A stretch of DNA of 64,000 nucleotides from Clostridia bacterium. Its GTDB lineage: Bacteria > Bacillota > Clostridia > Oscillospirales > Acutalibacteraceae. The stretch is from positions 6,021 through 70,020 of the forward strand of contig JAFQEE010000043.1 of the NCBI GenBank assembly GCA_017399175.1, in the 5' to 3' direction. The translations under genes and the position numbers were made by a program. The notes beneath the pieces are model-generated. The model was given only the letters and a program-made list of their open reading frames with translations. It was not told the DNA's origin and ran no database searches. Below, piece by piece: positions 43,315 to 53,041 of this stretch (position 1 is its first letter; each line of letters starts with the position of its first letter).

Positions 43315-44370
43315 CTAACACACTTTTTTCTTTCTATCAATATCCAATATCATAATTATGCACATAATTATAACGACAAAAAATGCAGGAAATGAAACAG
43401 AAAACGAATAAACAGCGTTTTTGTCGAAATTTGAAAAAACATCTGTTTCAACGGGAATAAATATCAAAAACAACTGCGTAAATATTGCCGATAAAATTGC
43501 GTTAAGCACTCTGCTTGCAAGAAAATATCCGTATTTCATACTTGTGTTTTTCAAAAACGACAACACCTGAAAATGAACACAAAGCCCACCAAAGCCAATA
43601 ATTCCTGCAATAACAGGAATCGAAGCCTTACCCGATAAAAGAATGCAACCGTTTGTAACCTCAAGCAAAGAACAAACAACGAGATATGCTTTTTCACTCA
43701 AACCAACACTTTTCAGACAACTTGTGGCGGAACTGAAAAGAATCACCCATGCACATATGGTAATAATCGATTGCATTGAATCACTTATTGCAACAGAAAG
43801 AGAAGAAAGTGGTAGTGAAATATCACTTTTCTCATTTTTTGAAAAGTCTTTTTTGTCAGCAACAAAAGACGAAATAACACCTGAAACAAAAGCAGAAATA
43901 CAAAGGGAAACATAAATTATAATGCCTGCTTTCATACTGCCAAGCATGCTGAGTCCCACAGTCGTAATAACAAATGCAGGACCACCATTCATACAAAAAA
44001 GGCACAGTCTTTGTGCTTGTTCATTCGTTATCTGTCCTTGCATATATAAATCATTCGCCATTTTAATTCCAACGGGAAAACCGCCAATCATTGACAAAAT
44101 TATAACGGAAATTGCACAGGGCGGTTGCTTGAAAAACGCTTTCGAAGTGCCGGACAGCAATTTGTAAAAAGGAGATAAAATGTTTGATTTTACAGTATAA
44201 GTTGAAAGTGTCATAAAAGGAAAAAGTGACGGAATAATTGTATATAAACAAATTTCAATTCCTTTTATAACACCGTTTTTTGATTCGTCAGGATACCGAA
44301 AAAGCACAATAAGACAAATCAATATAAGAATAATTGAAAAATACTCTTTTTTCACTTTTACAACAGTCAT
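43315..44370 (-). CDS. ylbJ: Sporulation integral membrane protein YlbJ (nucleoside-recognition-domain family)
   Basis: Polytopic membrane protein. N-terminal GVIKGIEICLYTIIPSLFPFM is typical of YlbJ. Confidence 0.8.
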   Translation of the reverse strand: MTVVKVKKEYFSIILILICLIVLFRYPDESKNGVIKGIEICLYTIIPSLFPFMTLSTYTVKSNILSPFYKLLSGTSKAFFKQPPCAISVIILSMIGGFPVGIKMANDLYMQGQITNEQAQRLCLFCMNGGPAFVITTVGLSMLGSMKAGIIIYVSLCISAFVSGVISSFVADKKDFSKNEKSDISLPLSSLSVAISDSMQSIITICAWVILFSSATSCLKSVGLSEKAYLVVCSLLEVTNGCILLSGKASIPVIAGIIGFGGLCVHFQVLSFLKNTSMKYGYFLASRVLNAILSAIFTQLFLIFIPVETDVFSNFDKNAVYSFSVSFPAFFVVIIMCIIMILDIDRKKKVC

Positions 44371-44463
44371 AAACTCACATCCCCATAAAATATATTTAAA
44401 ATATCACCTTATAATGAATTATTTAATATGAATATCATATATTTTTATGAGCGAGGTGCAAAA

Positions 44464-44733
44464 ATGGCACGAAAAACGAGAGAAAAAAATCAAATAAAAA
44501 ACAAAATAATCGGAGAAATGTTTCGTGATGAGCCAAGAATCGAACTTACAGGCAACCGCGAAGTTATCATTGACGGTTGTAAAGGTGTTGTGGAATATAC
44601 CGAAAACAATATCCGTATAAGTCTTGGTGAAAATGTCCTTTCTTTATCGGGTGATAATCTTTTAATCCAATCCTTTGACAATGATGTAGTAATTATAAAT
44701 GGTCAGATTAGTGATATAGATTTTTTAGGGTGA
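44464..44733 (+). CDS. yqfC: Sporulation protein YqfC
   Basis: PRIELTGNREVIIDGCKGVVEYTENNIRI...LSLSGDNLLIQSF pattern. ATG lies behind GAGGTG. Confidence 0.88.
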   Translation: MARKTREKNQIKNKIIGEMFRDEPRIELTGNREVIIDGCKGVVEYTENNIRISLGENVLSLSGDNLLIQSFDNDVVIINGQISDIDFLG

Positions 44734-44740
44734 CGAAATT

Positions 44741-45907
44741 ATGTTTATTATAAAAATAATCAGATATCTTTTAGGATATGTGAATTTCAGGGCATTCGGT
44801 GGCTTTTCTGACAGATTTCTCAACCTTTGCACACACGACAACATACCTTTATGGAATATCAAAAATGTCAAAGGGAATATTTCAGCCTCCACCACAATAA
44901 ACGGATACCTGTCAATCCGAAAGGCTGTGAGAAAATCGGGAATGAAACTGAAAGTATTGGAGAAAAAAGGTCTTATATTTTTACTTAAAAGAAATAAAAT
45001 ACGAGTAGGAATATTAATAGGAGTATGTATTTTCACATTAGTTACAGTAATTTTAAGCCAGTTTATATGGAGTATATCCCTTGTGGGGAATGTAGAGCTT
45101 GAACAGGACTACCTTCTTGAAGCCTTTCAAAAATACGGAGTCAAGGTAGGTTCACCCGTAAAAATCCTTGATGACGACGAGATTGCACAGAATGTAGTAA
45201 GTGAAATTGAGCGTCTTTCGTGGGCATCAGTCAACCGAAAGGGTACATCAGTTGTAATTGAAGTCAGAGAAAAAACACCTGCACCCGAAAATTATGATGA
45301 TAAAACGCCGACAAATCTTATCGCAAGTGAAGACGGCGTTATTCTAAGTATCGACTCTCTTTACGGAGTTGAAGAAGTAAAACCGGGTTCAGCCGTCACA
45401 AAAGGCGATTTGCTTATAAGCGGAATTGTTCCTCACCCTGACGGAACGGAAAGTTTTGTCCACGCAGACGGTTATGTCAAAGCATTGGTAAAATACAAGC
45501 ACACGTCCTGTGGTGATAATTTTGTTACATATAATCAAGTGCTCGAAAAAACAAGACCTTGTCTGTTCTTTTTTGGACTTAAAATCCCTATCGGTCCGTC
45601 TGTGGGAGATAGTTTTTTCACAAAACACAATTCTTTTCTTGAAACTGAAAAAATACTCATTCCTGTGGGAATAATAACTGAGTACAGTGCACAATTTTCA
45701 GAGAATCCTGATACAACAGACGATGAAACAAAAGATAAAATTGCCTTGTGGGATAGTGCTTGTTATGTGAACGAAATTCTTGATTATTGTATTGTTAAAG
45801 ATTCGTTTGTAACAAAAAACGGCAACAACATTGTTTTTAACGGTGAGTGTCAGCGTGAAATAGGAAAATTACAGGAAATTTATGTCAAAAATGATGACAA
45901 AAAATAA
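44741..45907 (+). CDS. yqfD: Sporulation protein YqfD
   Basis: LLGYVNFRAFGGFSDRFLNLC N-terminus and a central TM segment. Position after yqfC. Confidence 0.88.
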   Translation: MFIIKIIRYLLGYVNFRAFGGFSDRFLNLCTHDNIPLWNIKNVKGNISASTTINGYLSIRKAVRKSGMKLKVLEKKGLIFLLKRNKIRVGILIGVCIFTLVTVILSQFIWSISLVGNVELEQDYLLEAFQKYGVKVGSPVKILDDDEIAQNVVSEIERLSWASVNRKGTSVVIEVREKTPAPENYDDKTPTNLIASEDGVILSIDSLYGVEEVKPGSAVTKGDLLISGIVPHPDGTESFVHADGYVKALVKYKHTSCGDNFVTYNQVLEKTRPCLFFFGLKIPIGPSVGDSFFTKHNSFLETEKILIPVGIITEYSAQFSENPDTTDDETKDKIALWDSACYVNEILDYCIVKDSFVTKNGNNIVFNGECQREIGKLQEIYVKNDDKK

Positions 45908-45962
45908 AAATTGTGATAAACTAATTTAAATATAGACAGTTTTGTAAGTAGGTGAGGATAAG

Positions 45963-46925
45963 TTGTTTGAACAAGTAATAAATGTTGACAGAATGGAACA
46001 AACCGTCAGTCTGTTCGGCAGCTTTGATGAAAATATTAAACTTATCGAATCACAGTACAATGTAAAGGTTGTAAGTCGTGGTTCAGAAATTAAAGTCAGC
46101 GGTGATGCTGAAAACGTATCAAAAGCAGTAAGAGCAATCAACGGACTTTTGATGCTTATTAACCGTGGTGAAGCATTGTCTGAACAGAATGTGCGATATG
46201 TCCTTTCCCTCGTTAATGAGGGGAGCGAGGACAAGCTTTGTGAAATGACAGGTGACTGTGTCTGCATTACTGCAAAGGGAAAACCGATTAAGCCTAAAAC
46301 TCTCGGACAGAAAAAATATATTGAATGTATCAAGAATAACACAATTACCCTTGGTGCAGGTCCTGCTGGTACAGGTAAAACATATCTTGCCGTTGCAATG
46401 GCTGTAAATGCTTTTCGTGCAAAAGAAATTAACCGAATTATCCTTACTCGTCCTGCAGTTGAAGCGGGTGAAAAGCTTGGTTTCTTACCTGGCGACTTGC
46501 AACAGAAGGTTGACCCGTATTTAAGACCTTTGTATGATGCTCTTTTTGATATGCTTGGTGCAGAAAGTTTTCAGCGATATCAGGAAAGAGGAAGTATTGA
46601 AGTAGCACCACTTGCATATATGCGTGGTCGAACACTTGACGACAGTTTTATTATCCTTGACGAAGCACAGAATACTACAAGGGAACAGATGAAAATGTTT
46701 TTGACTCGTCTTGGTTTTAATTCAAAAATTGTTGTAACAGGTGACATTACTCAGATTGACTTGCCTGACGGTAAAAAATCAGGTCTTGTTGAGGCAATGA
46801 AAATCCTTAAAGGAATTGACGATATTGCAATAAATGTCTTTACGGAAAAGGATGTCGTAAGACATCGTCTTGTTCAGGATATTATTAAAGCGTATGAGAA
46901 ACAGGAAATGAGGAAGAATAAATGA
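45963..46925 (+). CDS. phoH: PhoH family ATPase
   Basis: GPAGTGKTYLAVAMAV Walker A, ILDEAQN and VVTGDITQIDLP motifs. Confidence 0.93.
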   Translation: MFEQVINVDRMEQTVSLFGSFDENIKLIESQYNVKVVSRGSEIKVSGDAENVSKAVRAINGLLMLINRGEALSEQNVRYVLSLVNEGSEDKLCEMTGDCVCITAKGKPIKPKTLGQKKYIECIKNNTITLGAGPAGTGKTYLAVAMAVNAFRAKEINRIILTRPAVEAGEKLGFLPGDLQQKVDPYLRPLYDALFDMLGAESFQRYQERGSIEVAPLAYMRGRTLDDSFIILDEAQNTTREQMKMFLTRLGFNSKIVVTGDITQIDLPDGKKSGLVEAMKILKGIDDIAINVFTEKDVVRHRLVQDIIKAYEKQEMRKNK

Positions 46926-47428
46926 ACGAGAAATTAAGAGTTATAATTGATAATAAACAGAATGTGATGAAAATACCCACAGGTGTCAGAATGCTGATTC
47001 GTCGTTGCTGTAAGGCGGTGCTTGTTCACGAGGGATTTACAGACCTTGCTGAAATCAGCGTTTCAATCGTTGATGACGAGATGATTCACGAACTCAATCT
47101 TAAACACCGTGGAATGGACAAGAGTACAGATGTGCTTTCGTTCCCAATGGGTGAGAATGGCGAATTCGATACAAACCTTGACACAGGGGCAAAGGTGCTT
47201 GGTGATATTATAATTTCCATTGAACACGCTTATGACCAGGCTGAAAAATACGGTCATACTCTTCAGCGTGAAATCGGATTTTTAACAGTTCATTCACTTC
47301 TTCATCTTTTAGGCTATGACCACGAAAATGGCGGACTTGAAGCTGTTAAGATGCGAGAAAAGGAAGAAGCAGTACTTACAAAAATCGGATTAAAGAGAAA
47401 CGGCAGCTACTATTTTGACGAGGAATAA
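46922..47428 (+). CDS. ybeY: rRNA maturation endoribonuclease YbeY
   Basis: HSLLHLLGYDH zinc motif. Confidence 0.93.
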   Translation: MNEKLRVIIDNKQNVMKIPTGVRMLIRRCCKAVLVHEGFTDLAEISVSIVDDEMIHELNLKHRGMDKSTDVLSFPMGENGEFDTNLDTGAKVLGDIIISIEHAYDQAEKYGHTLQREIGFLTVHSLLHLLGYDHENGGLEAVKMREKEEAVLTKIGLKRNGSYYFDEE

Positions 47429-47548
47429 GTTTGGATAAAATCGCCCATAGCACATTTTTTGTTCAGGGCAGTATCAACATACAGCACCTTCACTTCAAAA
47501 TGCACTATGAACAATTTTCTCTCAAACTTTAAAAGGAAGAATAATTTT

Positions 47549-48028
47549 ATGAAAGAACTTATTAAAAGTTTTGGGTTTGCCTTTCAGGGTGTTTTTACTG
47601 CAATTACCAAAGAACGAAATATGCGAATACATATCGTCTGTATGATTTATATGTTCTTTTTCCTTTTTGCTTTTGACTTTTTTGAGGTTACAAGAACTCA
47701 GACAGCAATTTTATTTATCGCTTGCGGACTTGTCATAGGTTCAGAACTTATAAACACAGCCATTGAAGCGGTTGTTGATTTGCACGGGAAAGAGCATACA
47801 CAGTATGGTAAAATTGCAAAGGATTGTGCAGCAGGTTCCGTACTCATTTTTGCAATCTTTTCAGTTCTTTGCGGTATTGCAATTATGTATCAGCCAACTG
47901 CATTTGCATTATTGTTTGAATATTTTATTGCAAATCCTGTCGCAATAGTCTTGTTTGCAATTTCAGTAGTTATTTTTACAATTTTTATATTTAAAGGAAT
48001 ACCGTTTAAGGGTAAGGAGAATAAATGA
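47549..48028 (+). CDS. dgkA: Diacylglycerol/undecaprenol kinase
   Basis: GFAFQG...ERNMRIH and ELINTAIEAVVD motifs. ATG 47549 lies behind AGGAAG. Confidence 0.88.
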   Translation: MKELIKSFGFAFQGVFTAITKERNMRIHIVCMIYMFFFLFAFDFFEVTRTQTAILFIACGLVIGSELINTAIEAVVDLHGKEHTQYGKIAKDCAAGSVLIFAIFSVLCGIAIMYQPTAFALLFEYFIANPVAIVLFAISVVIFTIFIFKGIPFKGKENK

Positions 48029-48918
48029 ACACATCAAAAACAGCTTTTATAGCGATTATAGGAAAAGCCAATGTCGGCAAATCTTCTATTCTTAATAAAC
48101 TTTTGGGAACAAAAATTGCAATTGTTTCTTCAAAACCACAGACAACCCGTACACGAATTATGGGTGTTCTTACAACTGACGATAACATTCAACTTGTTTT
48201 TACTGATACTCCCGGTTTCCATAAACCAAAGACAAAACTTGGCGAAAAAATGGTTAAAGCAGTAAGTGACAGTATTGACGGTGTTGATGCTTGTCTTTTG
48301 GTTGTTGAGCCTGAGGGTGAACTCAATCCTGCTGAACTTGAACTTATTGAAAAAATCAAAAAGGGTAAAAATCCTGCAATCCTTGCGATTAATAAAATTG
48401 ATACTGTCAAGGAAAAGGAAAACCTTATTTCAAGAATTGCTGAAATGACAGAACATTACGAATTTGATGCCATTGTCCCTGTTTCAGCACAGACAGGCAA
48501 CGGAATTGATGCCCTTCTGGACGAGCTTAAAAAACTCGCATTCGAGTCCGAGCATTTCTTCCCTGACGATACACTTACTGACCAGCCTGAAAGAGTTCTT
48601 GCAGGTGAAATTATCCGTGAAAAAATGCTTCGTTTACTCGATAAAGAAATTCCTCACGGTACAGCGGTCAGCATTGAAAAAATGCGTGAACGCAGTGACG
48701 GAATAATGGATATTGAAGCAACAATTTATTGTGAACGCGATACTCACAAGGGTATCATTATCGGCAAAGGCGGTAATATGCTTAAAAAGATTTCCACATA
48801 TGCTCGTCAGGATATGGAAAACTTCTTCGGTTGTAAAATCAATCTTCAATGCTGGGTAAAGGTTAAAGAAGGTTGGCGTAATCGCGAAGGACTTATCCAC
48901 AATTTCGGATTAGATTAA
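48025..48918 (+). CDS. era: GTPase Era
   Basis: GKANVGKSS (G1), DTPG (G3), NKID (G4) and a C-terminal KH domain. Confidence 0.95.
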   Translation: MNTSKTAFIAIIGKANVGKSSILNKLLGTKIAIVSSKPQTTRTRIMGVLTTDDNIQLVFTDTPGFHKPKTKLGEKMVKAVSDSIDGVDACLLVVEPEGELNPAELELIEKIKKGKNPAILAINKIDTVKEKENLISRIAEMTEHYEFDAIVPVSAQTGNGIDALLDELKKLAFESEHFFPDDTLTDQPERVLAGEIIREKMLRLLDKEIPHGTAVSIEKMRERSDGIMDIEATIYCERDTHKGIIIGKGGNMLKKISTYARQDMENFFGCKINLQCWVKVKEGWRNREGLIHNFGLD

Positions 48919-48993
48919 TTTACCAAATCTTTTTATTTTTACCACTTATATTTCATACTTTCCAAGCCAAATTACTAATGGTAGGTGATTAAC

Positions 48994-49161
48994 TTGGATA
49001 GTATGGCAATCTGGAGCAGATTTACAAAAACAGGAAAAGTTGAAGACTATTTAATGTATAAAAAGTCTTTGAAAAATAAGAATAATACCTATATTGACGG
49101 AGAACCGGATTATGAGGACGAATACGGACGGTCTGATACTCAAGGAACAGAATATTGGTGA
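48994..49161 (+). CDS. yqzL: YqzL-like small protein (not in the supplied ORF track)
   Basis: 55-codon ORF between era and recO. The WSRFTKTGKVEDYLMYKK motif matches YqzL W-x2-F-x2-TG-x-I/V-x2-YL-x2-K as I recall it. AGGTGA lies 5 nt before TTG 48994. Overlaps the recO start. Confidence 0.55.
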   Translation: MDSMAIWSRFTKTGKVEDYLMYKKSLKNKNNTYIDGEPDYEDEYGRSDTQGTEYW

Positions 49162-49852
49162 AAAAGACAAGCTCGTTACGGTGCTGACACGCCACAACGG
49201 GCTTGTGCGTGCTTTTGTGCGCGGAGCAAAATCTGTTAAAAACCGTAAGAACAGTTCAACAGGTATGTTCTGTTATTCAAAAATTTCCTTGTACAAAAAC
49301 AAGGAAACCTACATAATTGATGAAGCCGAGCCTATTGAACTCTTTTTCTCGCTTCGTACCGACCTTGAAAAATTAGCACTTGCACAGTATTTTGCCGAGA
49401 TTATCATTTCTCTTGTTCAGGAGGACGAGTCGGCAGAGGAATATTTAAGATTAATCCTCAATTCTCTTTATTTTCTTGCCAACAGCAAATTACCAAATGA
49501 ACAGATAAAAGCAATTACAGAAATGCGGATTATGTGTATAGCGGGTTTTATGCCTGACCTTACTGCTTGTGAGCGATGCGGGACAGAGGACACAAATACG
49601 ATGTATTTTGATATTGAAGACGGCATACTATACTGCGAAAACTGTGTTGCGACCGATTTGCTTTATCCTCTTGATATAGGACTTGTAAAGGCTTTACGAC
49701 ATATCGCATTTTCAGATTTTGAAAAAATCTATTCATTCCGTATGGAAGATTATGCTTTACCGGACTTATCATACATTACTGAAAAGTATTTATTATCTAA
49801 ATTGCAAAAAAACTTTAAAACATTAGCTTTTTATAAGGAAATAACAAAATGA
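49112..49852 (+). CDS. recO: DNA repair protein RecO
   Basis: TDGLILKEQNIGEKDKLVTVLT OB-fold N-terminus and C-x2-C...C-x2-C zinc motif (CERCG...YCENC). Confidence 0.92.
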   Translation: MRTNTDGLILKEQNIGEKDKLVTVLTRHNGLVRAFVRGAKSVKNRKNSSTGMFCYSKISLYKNKETYIIDEAEPIELFFSLRTDLEKLALAQYFAEIIISLVQEDESAEEYLRLILNSLYFLANSKLPNEQIKAITEMRIMCIAGFMPDLTACERCGTEDTNTMYFDIEDGILYCENCVATDLLYPLDIGLVKALRHIAFSDFEKIYSFRMEDYALPDLSYITEKYLLSKLQKNFKTLAFYKEITK

Positions 49853-52230
49853 ACAAACATTTCATTTCACTTGAACTTGATAAAATTCTCAATATGCTGT
49901 CTGATACGGCAAGTAGTATTGATGCGAAAGAACGAGCATTGGAAATCAAGCCGTTGACAGATTATTTTGAGGTACTTGAGTTGCTTGATAAAACCGAAGC
50001 GGCTTATATACTTATTGCAAAATTCGGTGCACCGTCATTCGGCGGATTACAGAATGTTAATAACGCTTTAAGCAGAGCGAGTGCCGGCGGTTCACTTTCA
50101 GCAGGTGAACTTCTTAAAATCGCAGTAACTCTTAAAATCATTCGTGGTATTACCATATGGCACGAAAAATGTGCAGGTATGGAAACTGCCCTTGATGATT
50201 TGTTCAATTCCCTTTATCCCAATAAGTATCTTGAAGAAAGAATTACAAATGCCATTATCTCTGAAACTGAAATCAGCGATAACGCATCACCTGAACTTAA
50301 AGAAATCCGTCGTAAAAAACGCCACTATGAAAACAAAATTCGTGAACAACTTGATTCAATGATTCATTCTTCACATTATTCAAAAATTCTTCGTGACGGA
50401 ATTATCACACAGCGTAACGGACGATTTGTTGTGCCTGTCAAGGCAGAAAATCGTGGTGAAGTTGCAGGTATGGTTCACGATACATCAGGTAGTGGTGCAA
50501 CAGTATTTATTGAACCCGCAGCCGTTGTGGAAGCAAACAACGAAATCAAGGTTCTTGAAAGCCGTGAACAGGACGAAATTGAAAGAATTCTTACAGAACT
50601 TTCAGCCTTAGCAGGGGAGTTCGAAGATACAATCAAAATCAGTTTTGAGTCAGCGGTTACTCTCGATTTAATCTTTGCAAAAGCACATCTTGCTTATAAA
50701 ATGAAAGCAAGTCGCCCTATTCTTAATAATGACGGTGAAATTTTGCTAAAAAAAGCAAGACACCCACTCATTGACCCTAAAACAGTTGTCCCTGTCAATA
50801 TTTCATTGGGAATTGACTTCGATTCTCTTGTTATTACAGGTGCTAATACAGGTGGTAAAACCGTTTCAATCAAGACAATCGGTCTTTTAACACTTATGGC
50901 AGAATGCGGACTTATGTTGCCTGTTACTGATAACAGCAGAATTTCTGTGTTCGACAATGTTTTAGCCGACATCGGTGACGAGCAGAGCATTGAACAGTCA
51001 CTTTCAACTTTCTCTGCACATATGTCAACAATCGTTGAAATTTTAAAAACTGCAGACGACAGAAGTCTTGTACTTATCGACGAATTGGGTGCAGGTACTG
51101 ACCCTGTTGAGGGTGCTGCTTTGGCAGTTGCAATCCTTGAAAATTTAAGACAAAAGGGTGCAAAAATTGCATCCACAACTCATTATTCCGAGTTAAAGGA
51201 ATATGCACTTAAAACAAATCGAGTTGAAAACGGATGTTGTGAATTTGATGTTGCGTCATTAAGACCTACATACCGTTTGCTTATTGGTATGCCGGGTCGT
51301 TCAAATGCCTTGGCAATTGCAGGTCGACTTGGTATTGACAAAAGCATTACTGATTTTGCAAGAGCACTTATATCCGAAGAAGATACAAGATTTGAGGACG
51401 CTGTTGATACTCTTGAAACTGCACGAAAAGCACTTGAAGATGACCGACAAAGATTAGAAGAAGAAAAACTGCACATTATTCGTCAAAAAGAAGATGCAGA
51501 AAAGAGCCTTGAAAAAGCAAAAGCACAAAGCGAAAAAGAAATAGCCCGTGCAAAACAAGAAGCAGAAAGAATTGTTGAGGGTGCTCGTCGTGCAGGTAAT
51601 TCTCTGCTTATGGAAATTGAACAACTGAAAAAAGAACAGGCGAGGGAGAAAAATCTTCAGGAAATTGCAAGAAAAGCAAAGGCTGCAATGGGCAGACAGC
51701 TTGATAAAATGGACGAAATTCAGAATGGTCTTTCCGAAGATGACGGTGACTATACATTACCACGACCATTAAAAGTGGGTGATAGAGTTTTTGTCAAAAC
51801 TCTCGGTGGTGAAGCCGAAGTCGTATCTGTTGATGAAAAGAAAAATACCGTTCAGGTACAATCCGGTATGATTAAAATGAAAGCAGATATTGCCGATATC
51901 CGTTTTATGGGTGGTCAAAAGCAACAGAAAAAGCAGACAGGCGGCATGAGAACTGTTCATACAGGTTCGTCAAAAGCAACTGCATCGTCAAATTCATCTA
52001 TTGATATTCGTGGTAAGACCGTAGAAGAAGCAATGCTTGACCTTGATACTTTTATCGATAACATTCTTCGTACAGGACTTAATGAAATCACCATTATTCA
52101 CGGTAAGGGAACAGGTGCTCTTCGTAAGGGCATTCATATCTATCTTCGTAAACATCCTAATATCCGTACATTCCGGCTTGGTGTGTTTGGCGAAGGTGAA
52201 GACGGTGTCACAATAGCCGAGCTTAAATAA
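49849..52230 (+). CDS. mutS2: Endonuclease MutS2 (Smr domain)
   Basis: ITGANTGGKTV Walker A, a long coiled coil, and a C-terminal Smr domain (IDIRGKTVEEA...IIHGKGTGALR). Confidence 0.95.
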   Translation: MNKHFISLELDKILNMLSDTASSIDAKERALEIKPLTDYFEVLELLDKTEAAYILIAKFGAPSFGGLQNVNNALSRASAGGSLSAGELLKIAVTLKIIRGITIWHEKCAGMETALDDLFNSLYPNKYLEERITNAIISETEISDNASPELKEIRRKKRHYENKIREQLDSMIHSSHYSKILRDGIITQRNGRFVVPVKAENRGEVAGMVHDTSGSGATVFIEPAAVVEANNEIKVLESREQDEIERILTELSALAGEFEDTIKISFESAVTLDLIFAKAHLAYKMKASRPILNNDGEILLKKARHPLIDPKTVVPVNISLGIDFDSLVITGANTGGKTVSIKTIGLLTLMAECGLMLPVTDNSRISVFDNVLADIGDEQSIEQSLSTFSAHMSTIVEILKTADDRSLVLIDELGAGTDPVEGAALAVAILENLRQKGAKIASTTHYSELKEYALKTNRVENGCCEFDVASLRPTYRLLIGMPGRSNALAIAGRLGIDKSITDFARALISEEDTRFEDAVDTLETARKALEDDRQRLEEEKLHIIRQKEDAEKSLEKAKAQSEKEIARAKQEAERIVEGARRAGNSLLMEIEQLKKEQAREKNLQEIARKAKAAMGRQLDKMDEIQNGLSEDDGDYTLPRPLKVGDRVFVKTLGGEAEVVSVDEKKNTVQVQSGMIKMKADIADIRFMGGQKQQKKQTGGMRTVHTGSSKATASSNSSIDIRGKTVEEAMLDLDTFIDNILRTGLNEITIIHGKGTGALRKGIHIYLRKHPNIRTFRLGVFGEGEDGVTIAELK

Positions 52231-52288
52231 TAATTGCAAAATAACTATAAATATGATAAAATAAGAAAAAACAAAAGGAGTTTTATAT

Positions 52289-52585
52289 ATGAAAAAGTGG
52301 ATTATAGCATTAGTATTAATACTTGCAGTTGTAATTGTCTTTGCTGCCTGTAAGGGTAACGAGAAAGAAGAAACACCTTCACAGACTCCGACACAGTCAA
52401 CAGAACCTGCAAGTAATGATGAATCAACTGATGACGAATTGGATATCGTTCCGGGTGATGATTTGATTATCTCTGATAATGAATATCACGAGGATGAGAA
52501 TCCGATTATCATTGGCGGTGGCTCAGCTGACAATTCAGGTGAAGACAGTATAGATTGGTCAGAAATTAAAGGAAAAAAGTCTTGA
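52289..52585 (+). CDS. Small acidic lipoprotein
   Basis: Signal peptide with lipobox VFAAC. The mature part is low-complexity and acidic. Confidence 0.65.
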   Translation: MKKWIIALVLILAVVIVFAACKGNEKEETPSQTPTQSTEPASNDESTDDELDIVPGDDLIISDNEYHEDENPIIIGGGSADNSGEDSIDWSEIKGKKS

Positions 52586-52610
52586 CAAATAAATAGTTAT
52601 TTAGTATAAT
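52582..52610 (+). promoter_or_regulatory. Consensus sigma-A promoter TTGACA-17-TATAAT abutting the following terminator
   Basis: TTGACA at 52582-52587 (overlaps the stop codon). TATAAT at 52605-52610. Confidence 0.55.
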
Positions 52611-52652
52611 ACCGTTCTGTAAAGTGAATGTGCTTTACAGAACGGTTTTTTT
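52611..52652 (+). terminator. Strong intrinsic terminator (14-bp stem plus T7)
   Basis: ACCGTTCTGTAAAG-TGAATGTG-CTTTACAGAACGGT, followed by TTTTTT. Confidence 0.85.
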
Positions 52653-52670
52653 GAAAGGAAGGTATTATTC

Positions 52671-53033
52671 GTGGCAAACAGTCTTGAGATAACAATGCTC
52701 CTTGATTTATATGGCGAAACATTAACCGTTAAACAACGGGACTATCTCAACTTTTACTACAATGACGACCTTTCACTTTCAGAAATTGCAGAAAATGAGG
52801 GAATAACGCGTCAGGGTGTCCGTGATGCCATTAAAAGGGCAGAGGCTTTGCTTTTCGATATGGAATCAAAGCTTAAGTTTTCACAAAAACTTGAAAAGTT
52901 CCAAAAAGGACTTGAGGATATTGTGAAATACTCGGATGAGATTAATGAATACAATCTTTCCCACGACCTTTCCCGTGAAATCAATGATAAAACAGTTAAG
53001 ATAAAGTCAATTGCACTTTCCTTGACAGAATAG
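52671..53033 (+). CDS. ylxM: YlxM/UPF0122 putative HTH protein (SRP operon)
   Basis: LLDLYGETLTVKQRDYLNFYYNDDLSLSEIAENEGITRQGVRDAIKRA is typical of YlxM. Precedes ffh. Confidence 0.9.
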   Translation: MANSLEITMLLDLYGETLTVKQRDYLNFYYNDDLSLSEIAENEGITRQGVRDAIKRAEALLFDMESKLKFSQKLEKFQKGLEDIVKYSDEINEYNLSHDLSREINDKTVKIKSIALSLTE

Positions 53034-53041
53034 GTGAAGAT

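Noticed and set aside
50694-51176. 160-aa minus-strand ORF
   Set aside because: It is antisense to mutS2.
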